The notes under the pieces: generated by a model
The model's database searches: none
What the model was told of the DNA's origin: nothing
What the model saw: only the letters and a program-made list of their open reading frames with translations
Assembly: GCA_019058015.1 (NCBI GenBank)
Contig: JAHLWH010000230.1
Coordinates: forward strand, 1 to 32,489
Source of the DNA: Promethearchaeota archaeon
Lineage (GTDB): Archaea > Asgardarchaeota > Lokiarchaeia > Sigyniarchaeales > SOKP01
Length of the DNA stretch: 32,489 nt
Reading direction: 5' to 3'
In this document: positions 25,818 through 32,489 of the stretch, piece by piece
Position numbering within the stretch: position 1 is the first letter of the stretch
Layout of the letters: every line of letters begins with the position of its first letter
Made by a program: the position numbers and the translations under genes

Positions 25818-26687
25818 TTGAGTAATATTAATATGTATGACAAAAAAAGACTCAAAAATTGGTCAGCTTCTTATTGGAATCAAATAAAAAGAAATATTGG
25901 ACTTATAAAAATCGTAGAACAGGAAAAATTAAGGAATACTCTTATTGCCGTTCTTGGCGTTGGTGGGCTTGGTGGGCCGTTAGCAGTTCAACTTGTTAGA
26001 GCAGGCTGCGAAAAACTTATAATATGTGACGATGAGAGATTCGAAGAAGCAAACCTGAATCGACAGCTATGTACTAGGGAGGATCTTGGAAGGTATAAAG
26101 TCGATGTTACCGAAAAGCTATTAAAAAAAATTAATCCGGAAATTGAACTTCAAAAATATTATAAAATAACAAAAAAATTTGTATCAAATATATTAAATAG
26201 TACATCGATTGTCGTTTTAACTTTAGACGATCCAATAGCATCAATTTTGATTTCGCGAGAATGTTCAAAAAAAAAAATTCCTATATTAGAATCTTGGGGA
26301 ATTCCTTATCTCTGTGCATGGTGGTTTACATCAGGGAGTATCGATTATGAAACATGTTATGGGTTTAAAACTCAGAAAATGACGATCGATGAGATTCAAA
26401 AATCTGAAAAAATACTTCTTAAGCTTAAAAAAGCATTTTTAAATAAATTAATTAAATTTCCTGAAATAGAAGAAATATTTAATAGAGAACAAGGCGCGCT
26501 AGAAGGACTGTTTTCAGGAAACCTTCCTTCAATATCTCTTGCACCTATCGTCGAGATGACTGCATCTTATCTTGCTTTCGAAGTCATTTTTTCAGGAATC
26601 TTAAAGATCAAAAGCAAGAATTTAGCCCCAAATGTTGTTGGGTATGATTATTTCCGAATGAAACCGATCCACTTTAACTTTTTATAA
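25818..26687 (+). CDS. ThiF/MoeB/E1-like adenylyltransferase
   Basis: RNIGLI..EQEKLRN, VLGVGGLGG, DDERFEEANLNRQ, DLGRYKVDV..INPEI. No paired CxxC zinc motif. Confidence 0.9.
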   Translation: MSNINMYDKKRLKNWSASYWNQIKRNIGLIKIVEQEKLRNTLIAVLGVGGLGGPLAVQLVRAGCEKLIICDDERFEEANLNRQLCTREDLGRYKVDVTEKLLKKINPEIELQKYYKITKKFVSNILNSTSIVVLTLDDPIASILISRECSKKKIPILESWGIPYLCAWWFTSGSIDYETCYGFKTQKMTIDEIQKSEKILLKLKKAFLNKLIKFPEIEEIFNREQGALEGLFSGNLPSISLAPIVEMTASYLAFEVIFSGILKIKSKNLAPNVVGYDYFRMKPIHFNFL

Positions 26688-26848
26688 GTAAAAAAAATAA
26701 GGCATAAATGTTGCAATGAAAAAATTATAAGTAAAAATTGAATACTTATATATAAATCCTTGGAGTATATAGTTATTATTAACAATAGGAGTAAAGTTGA
26801 ATAATATTTCTTTAATGATTTAGTATCTTACTAAAATTTAGTGATTTT

Positions 26849-27547
26849 TTGATATTACAAGCCGTTGATCTTGCTAGACTTTTATTGGTTTATTTTATGC
26901 ACTCTTTTATTTTAATTATTTTATTTTATTTGGCATTTAAAATTCTCAAAAGAAATTATAATCGTTCATCTTTAATTTTAAGTGCTTATTACATTTTTCC
27001 TGGATTATCTTTTCTATTAAATCTAATATATTTACCACTCAGTACAACCATTGCAGGATATATAATATATTTTATATTGGCTTTTTTAATGTTATTTGGA
27101 CAAATTTTTATCGTAATTTTCATTATAAATCTTCTTTATATAGACATAAATTTCTGGTTAAAAAGACAGAATTTAATTATATCAGCCTACGCAATAATTA
27201 ATCTTTTAGTGTTAATTATTCCTGGATCAATAACTTTCAATGAAGGAGTTCCCGCTTATAGTTGGGTTTTTCTTACTTTCATTTACATAATTTTCACTCT
27301 TGGTACAATTATACCAACTATAACATTTTCAATAAAATTATTCAATACATTTGAAGATAAAACACTAAAAAGAAAGCTTAAATACTTCTTTATTGGCGTT
27401 TTTGGAATGTGTTTTGCCTTTTATGGTTTGATGCTCTATAATACTTGGTCTGATTCAATTTTTAGAACTATCTGGTCTTTTTTAGTCTTTTTTATAGTAA
27501 TTCCTTCAATATTATTAATATATTATGGAATAGGGCAGAATTTATAA
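26849..27547 (+). CDS. Multi-pass (about 7 TM) membrane protein, possible stand-alone sensor domain
   Basis: About seven hydrophobic segments with short basic loops (KILKRNYNRS, EDKTLKRKLK); no soluble output domain. Confidence 0.75.
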   Translation: MILQAVDLARLLLVYFMHSFILIILFYLAFKILKRNYNRSSLILSAYYIFPGLSFLLNLIYLPLSTTIAGYIIYFILAFLMLFGQIFIVIFIINLLYIDINFWLKRQNLIISAYAIINLLVLIIPGSITFNEGVPAYSWVFLTFIYIIFTLGTIIPTITFSIKLFNTFEDKTLKRKLKYFFIGVFGMCFAFYGLMLYNTWSDSIFRTIWSFLVFFIVIPSILLIYYGIGQNL

Positions 27548-27669
27548 ATAATTATAAATTTTTTCAATTTAATCTTTTCAATATTGCGTTGTTATATTTT
27601 AAGGCTAATTCTTAATTCGATATTTAAAAATTTTAAATAGAAATCTAAGACTAAGTAGGGTAAAAAAAA

Positions 27670-28788
27670 ATGGCAAACCTAGAAATAAAAGAACATTCTG
27701 AATTATATATAGAAATTTTAACAAATCCTGACGAAATTTTGAAATATTTGCACCTTGGTATAAGCATTCCAATTTTACTGGAATTTAAAAAATATATTTT
27801 AGGAGATATAAAAGCATATAATGCTAAAGCTATTGTTCTCGAAAAGAATATTAATAGAAAAAATTTTGGAAATATAACTGATACTACAATTGGAAATGTC
27901 TTAATTTACGATGATGGCGGTGAAATTTTGTTTTTCGGTTTTTTTGGAGTTTATGATCATGATTCTAAAAAAATTAAATATTTAATTGATAAATTAATTG
28001 AATATGCTAAAGTTCAAAACTATAAAAAAATTAGGGGGCCAATAAATATCCCTACAGTTATTTTTGGCTGGGGTTTTATGGTTGAAGGCAGTAAAAAAGA
28101 TTTATTTATCTGTTCACCAATTAACCCACCAATTTATCAAAAGATATTTTTTGAAAAAGGATTTAAAGTTTTATTTCAAGAAGATCGGTATGAAGTGCCA
28201 GCACTAAAAATGGATCCTCATAAAAATAAGAGATTAATAAGTATGGGTATTAATACTGGTAACTATAAAAATGATATCTTTGATACTGGTGATTATCCAT
28301 ACAAGTATATCAACCCAGGAAAAGAAGAATTGCTTAAAATTAAAAAAGAAATCGCTGAAATGTACTTCAAATATATGCCCCCATCCGCTCAAATAACACC
28401 AAGAAAACTTCACAATGCAGAGAATATTATTAATTTTATAGATGAATTTGGAGCAAAATGGATGATGTGGATAGTAAGACATAAAAAAACCAATCAAATG
28501 GTTGCAAATGGATACGTTATTCCCAATATTTTTCATAAAAATAATAAGGGAGAACTTGATTCTTTAAGCTTTCACTCATGGGTAGTTCATCGAGATCACA
28601 GACGAAAATATTTAACCATGCTTATGTATGGACTAACAGTCTTGCAAGCAATGGATAAAAAAACACCTCACTTTATAAGAGGAGGATCATGGCCTGTTGG
28701 TTCTGAAAATATAGCAAATGCGAGCGCAGCAAGAAAAATGGGAGGTAAAAAGGATAGAAGTCATTTAATTTTAGAATATAGTTTTTAA
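27670..28788 (+). CDS. GNAT-fold protein (YghO-like tandem acetyltransferase)
   Basis: FFGFFGVYD..LIEYAK..KIRGPIN..GFMVEG..NPPIYQKIFFEKGF; VVHRDHRRKYL; ENIANASAARKMGG. Confidence 0.7.
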   Translation: MANLEIKEHSELYIEILTNPDEILKYLHLGISIPILLEFKKYILGDIKAYNAKAIVLEKNINRKNFGNITDTTIGNVLIYDDGGEILFFGFFGVYDHDSKKIKYLIDKLIEYAKVQNYKKIRGPINIPTVIFGWGFMVEGSKKDLFICSPINPPIYQKIFFEKGFKVLFQEDRYEVPALKMDPHKNKRLISMGINTGNYKNDIFDTGDYPYKYINPGKEELLKIKKEIAEMYFKYMPPSAQITPRKLHNAENIINFIDEFGAKWMMWIVRHKKTNQMVANGYVIPNIFHKNNKGELDSLSFHSWVVHRDHRRKYLTMLMYGLTVLQAMDKKTPHFIRGGSWPVGSENIANASAARKMGGKKDRSHLILEYSF

Positions 28789-29170
28789 TTATTATTTTAT
28801 TAATATTAGGATAAAAATAACCATTGAATCTTCAATGAAATTAGATTAAATTTGTAAAGAAGAAAATTTAATCATTTAAAATTTTATATATATTCCCCTA
28901 ATCTAAAAAGCGATTCTTTACACCGAACTTTTTTTTTTCTTTCTTTTTGAGAACTTATCTTTAATTTCTTGAAATAAATTTTTCGATTTCAATATTTCAT
29001 TCAAGAAATTTCGTCGGCTTTAATTTTTATAAGTAAAACTAGAATCATAAGAAATTTTTAAATTTAATTAAGATCCACATTTTATATTTTATAATGAAAA
29101 CTGATAATAATGAAATTTTATTAAATCTAGATAAAAATATCAACAATTAAATTAATTTGAGGTAACTAAA

Positions 29171-29395
29171 ATGAAAGAGAAAGTACTTGAAATAATTGAA
29201 AAAATAAGACCGCAGCTTCAAATGGATGGCGGTGATGTTGAACTTGTCGATGTAACAGATGATGGAATTGTAAAAGTAAGATTACAAGGGCATTGTCGTG
29301 GATGTGCTTATTCGCAAATGACTCTCAAACTCGGGATTGAAAGAGCATTAAAACAAGTAATTCCTGAAGTTAAATATGTAGAGTCTGTGCCTTAA
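29171..29395 (+). CDS. NifU-like (Nfu) Fe-S cluster carrier
   Basis: IRPQLQMDGGDVELV..VKVRLQGHCRGCAYSQMTLKLGIE; GAGGT ribosome-binding motif upstream. Confidence 0.92.
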   Translation: MKEKVLEIIEKIRPQLQMDGGDVELVDVTDDGIVKVRLQGHCRGCAYSQMTLKLGIERALKQVIPEVKYVESVP

Positions 29396-29504
29396 ATAAA
29401 TATAATTTAAATTTATTTAAGCACTCTTTTTATCAATTCTTCATTTGAGATTAATTCTCAATAGAATAAATTATATAAAGTCTCTATGCTTTATTGAATT
29501 AATT

Positions 29505-30752
29505 ATGAAAAGAGAAAAAGAAACTAATACTTCTGAAAACTCCGAACAAGAAGCAGAAAAGGAAGAGGAACCTATTAAGAAAACTCAAGGAGAATTAATT
29601 CAAGAAGCCTTAGGTTTAGATCAAGCAACTATCGGTAGAATTGAAAAACAACTCTTTGTTGCGAAATTTATAGATTCAATTTCTGAAGATATTTTTGATT
29701 ACATTTATCGAGATCGCATTTTAGCGAAATATATGGACATGTTAAAGAAGAATATGGGTGAATTAGATGAAACTACTGCAGCTTTTATGCAAGAAACTTT
29801 TGAGCAAAAACAAATAGAACCTACTATTTCAGACTTAAAATCTAAAGCAGAAGAAGTCGCTCAAGAAAACGATATAAACAGATCATTGAATTCAAAATTA
29901 AAAAGAAATGGTATGATTGGTATGTTACCGCTTTGTATTTTAGTAATACTTATTTATGTCGTACCTCCTGATTTTACTTTTTATCTTATGATACCACTTT
30001 GTTTTCTTTGTTTCCTCCCACAATTTTTACGCTCTCGAATAGTTCAAAAATGGAATGATTTTAAGGAGGAAAATAAAAAGATATTTTATCAAGAAAATAG
30101 AGAAAAAATAATTTTATTGAAAGAATTTGTTCAAATTACATTAGATAATATCCATAATATTCTACTTGACAAGAAAATACCTCTAGAATTAATCAAATTC
30201 TCATTAAGTTCCAGCGACTATAAGAATTTGAAGTTAATAAATGAGCAGGTATTAAGAGGTGGAATAACACAATATTTTTTCACATTTGAATATCCCCCTG
30301 GAGTAGAACCATTTCCTATTCCAGAAATAATTAAAAAAAAATATATGGAACCGGTTGTTTCTCAAAAGAAAACAACAGAAGATAATTTTTTAATTTTAAA
30401 AAATATTAAAGTTTCAAATGGAGAAATTGAAAAATTCGAAGTTGAATTAAAAGAAGACTTAAAAGATGACATTAATACTCTATTAAATTCCTGCAAGTTT
30501 GAAAAGACCAAAGATTTTAGTTTAATAATGCCAAATTATACACCTGAAACAGCAATACATTGTATTTGTGGAGAAATTGCCGAGTTTTCAAATGTGCAAA
30601 AATGTTCTTGGATTGAAACTGAATCAGAGGAAAAATTTGAATTTTATCTATTTGAGTCTGAAAAGTGTAAATGTGGCGAAAAGGTGTTTGTTCTTTCACT
30701 TATGGAAGAAGATGTAAAAATTCCAGATAAATGGAAAAGTATTTTTAGTTAA
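29505..30752 (+). CDS. Hypothetical membrane protein with a two-TM hairpin and a C-terminal Cys-rich (Zn-ribbon-like) domain
   Basis: Helical N-terminus; TMs MIGMLPLCILVILIYVV and FTFYLMIPLCFLCFLP; HCICGE...CKCGE. ATG at 29505 is preferred over 29445. Confidence 0.65.
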   Translation: MKREKETNTSENSEQEAEKEEEPIKKTQGELIQEALGLDQATIGRIEKQLFVAKFIDSISEDIFDYIYRDRILAKYMDMLKKNMGELDETTAAFMQETFEQKQIEPTISDLKSKAEEVAQENDINRSLNSKLKRNGMIGMLPLCILVILIYVVPPDFTFYLMIPLCFLCFLPQFLRSRIVQKWNDFKEENKKIFYQENREKIILLKEFVQITLDNIHNILLDKKIPLELIKFSLSSSDYKNLKLINEQVLRGGITQYFFTFEYPPGVEPFPIPEIIKKKYMEPVVSQKKTTEDNFLILKNIKVSNGEIEKFEVELKEDLKDDINTLLNSCKFEKTKDFSLIMPNYTPETAIHCICGEIAEFSNVQKCSWIETESEEKFEFYLFESEKCKCGEKVFVLSLMEEDVKIPDKWKSIFS

Positions 30753-30779
30753 TTTTTTTTTTAATTTTTTAATAAAAAA

Positions 30780-32135
30780 TTATTCTTTTTTTATATCTTT
30801 ATAATATTTTAATAACATTGCATAGCCCCGAACTGCTCGTTCAACTTCATTTTCAAAAACAGGGATCTTTAATTCAGTCGTAATGTCAACAACTCGTTTT
30901 GCACCTTCTTGTTCCGCTTGGATCAACAAAGTGATTATTGGTTTATTCGGGAATTTTTCTTTTATTTTAGAAAAAATATAGAAATCGAATTCAATTTCTT
31001 GAAAAAATTCTAGAGCTAAAATTAAACCATCAACATCATCATCATTTAATAAAATTTCACTTCCTAAATAATAAATTGTACAAATCTCAGTTCCTATAAA
31101 CTTCTTTGGGGGCCAATAATCCACTGGATTGCCATATTCACAAGTCGATCCACCAATTTTCATTGATATTAAATCTTGACTCGCTTGCGAAAGTTTTGCT
31201 AAGCTTAGACCTTGCTTTCTCATTTCTTTAACAATTAATAAGATTGCACCCGAAGATGGTCCTATAATTCCTAATTTATTTCCACCTGGTTTTGGAAGCC
31301 AGAGAAATAATTTTGAGAATTCAAAAAGTTCAATATAATTTTGAACTGCAAGACCACCAGCATTTTTCAATGATTCTTCAGCAATAGTATCTTTTCCAAC
31401 ATAGAAAAATAAAATCGGTTTAATTGGTGCAATTTTTGAAACTGTTTCAATTAATTTTTGATCGATTTGTCTTAAAAAAAGAGAAATAACTCTTGTTGTC
31501 TCATCATTTTCTAGATAAAATAACATATCTGAAACATCAATTTTATATCCTTTACCAAGATGTATTACTTTTGAAATAGGTAAATTTTGGGATGGACTCC
31601 ACCAACCAAATCCCCCTGCGAGCCCTCCTGATTCTGTAATTATGCTAACTCCATATTTTAATCCACGATTTTTTTGAAGAATATGACGTCTAACTGGAAT
31701 AATCGAAGTTGTAAAATTATCAATATAATTCATGACACCAATCATAGAGGGACCCATATATCCTATATCATATTTATTACACGTTTCTTCCAACTCTTGA
31801 AATACGATCCCATTTATGCTTTTTTCCCCTAATTCTGATTCAATCATTATATTTTTTATACCAAATTTTCCCAATTCTTCGAATAACTCTTTTAAATTTT
31901 TTCTTAGCATAATTATTGCTAATTCTGGAATTTCAGGCAGTGACGAGAGATCATTATAAGATCGGATACCCAAAAGCTCATCTGTATTTGGATTAATTAT
32001 GTAAATATTTCCCCTAAATCTGATATCTAATAAATTCCTTAAAACAGTTTGGTTAAATGTAAATTCTTTTCTTGAGGCGCCAATTATTACTAAAGATTTC
32101 GGATTAAAAAAAGGTTCTAAATTCATATCTCCCAA
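30780..32135 (-). CDS. ADP-forming acyl-CoA synthetase alpha-subunit homolog (CoA-binding), lacking the phospho-His loop
   Basis: LEPFFNPKSLVIIGAS, INPN, LPEIPELAII, GPSMIG, TESGGL, YLENDETTRVI, GNPVDY. No SHTG motif. Confidence 0.8.
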   Translation of the reverse strand: MGDMNLEPFFNPKSLVIIGASRKEFTFNQTVLRNLLDIRFRGNIYIINPNTDELLGIRSYNDLSSLPEIPELAIIMLRKNLKELFEELGKFGIKNIMIESELGEKSINGIVFQELEETCNKYDIGYMGPSMIGVMNYIDNFTTSIIPVRRHILQKNRGLKYGVSIITESGGLAGGFGWWSPSQNLPISKVIHLGKGYKIDVSDMLFYLENDETTRVISLFLRQIDQKLIETVSKIAPIKPILFFYVGKDTIAEESLKNAGGLAVQNYIELFEFSKLFLWLPKPGGNKLGIIGPSSGAILLIVKEMRKQGLSLAKLSQASQDLISMKIGGSTCEYGNPVDYWPPKKFIGTEICTIYYLGSEILLNDDDVDGLILALEFFQEIEFDFYIFSKIKEKFPNKPIITLLIQAEQEGAKRVVDITTELKIPVFENEVERAVRGYAMLLKYYKDIKKE

Positions 32136-32256
32136 ATTATTAAAATCAATCAGAAATTCAAATATTTTGTTTTTTTATTTTTAGGTAGAATTAATCATTA
32201 AGGTTATTTTTAATTTTCCTTGTTATCAATTAAAATTTAATTCTATTTAACTATTT

Positions 32257-32489
32257 TTACCATATAGCAATAGAATATGGGTGTAACCCCACACCCTCTA
32301 TTCCATCCGCAGAAACTGCATTTGGGACTACTTTTTTAATTATATTATACCCTGCATTCACATCAGCATTGATAAGAATCCCCTTTTGACTTTTAAAAAG
32401 ACCTCGATTTACTCGCTTTCCCATATATTTTTTATGCCTTTTGATGGGTTCCTTATCCAAAAAACTGCATTTGGAAGTAAAAGACTCCC
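32257..32489 (-). mobile_element. tnpB: TnpB (IS200/IS605/IS607 family RNA-guided nuclease), C-terminal part; runs off the window edge
   Basis: ESFTSKCSFLD...GKRVNRGLFKS..GILINADVNAGYNIIKK, containing the RuvC-III NADxNA motif. Confidence 0.88.

Noticed and set aside
28822-28837. Inverted repeat CATTGAA-TC-TTCAATG
   Set aside because: Single occurrence in AT-rich DNA; cannot be distinguished from chance or assigned a function.
2200-30699. Short ORF-track entries overlapping real genes (2200, 5065, 7910, 8880, 9865, 10996, 11003, 12116, 12793, 14189, 16833, 17946, 20734, 25447, 25637, 28234, 30517)
   Set aside because: These are antisense or out-of-frame shadows of well-supported CDSs with no recognisable motifs.
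1-32489. Genome-wide UGA reassignment (codes 4/25)
   Set aside because: TGA terminates apparently complete genes (17397-17399, 19177-19179), Trp is encoded by TGG, and internal TGAs map to Cys rather than Trp or Gly.
1-32489. tRNA (including tRNA-Sec) or rRNA genes
   Set aside because: No GC-rich cloverleaf or rRNA-like stretch was seen; the only structured GC-rich intergenic patches are the SECIS and the tnpB-related region.

Overview
Very AT-rich archaeal window, most consistent with Asgard archaea (Lokiarchaeia). This is inferred from a Rag/Gtr-type GTPase, an arrestin-fold protein, a uDENN/longin-like protein and a eukaryote-type SECIS. The core is a ~10 kb minus-strand heterodisulfide-reductase-like operon: hdrA(Sec) - mvhD(Sec) - SECIS - frhB-like - frhB-like - hdrD-like - large hdrA(Cys) - mvhD(Cys). 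The ORF track breaks or misses the first two genes. Read by hand, hdrA (12913->10970) has four in-frame UGA codons and mvhD (10946->10479) has two, all at conserved Cys positions. A single type-II eukaryote-like SECIS (10489->10411) follows both genes. Divergently transcribed is a third FrhB-like gene followed by a Rag-like GTPase and an arrestin-like gene. That FrhB, the arrestin and the uDENN/longin-like protein on the other side of the Hdr operon share a previously unannotated C-terminal beta-rich domain, which suggests a link between redox metabolism and eukaryotic-signature signalling proteins. The rest of the window holds amino-acid/acyl-CoA catabolic genes, a PAS histidine kinase, a TPR-GNAT-ThiF-7TM-GNAT cluster, nfu, a His-loop-less acyl-CoA synthetase alpha homolog, two TnpB 3' ends sharing a covarying hairpin, and two pseudogene remnants.
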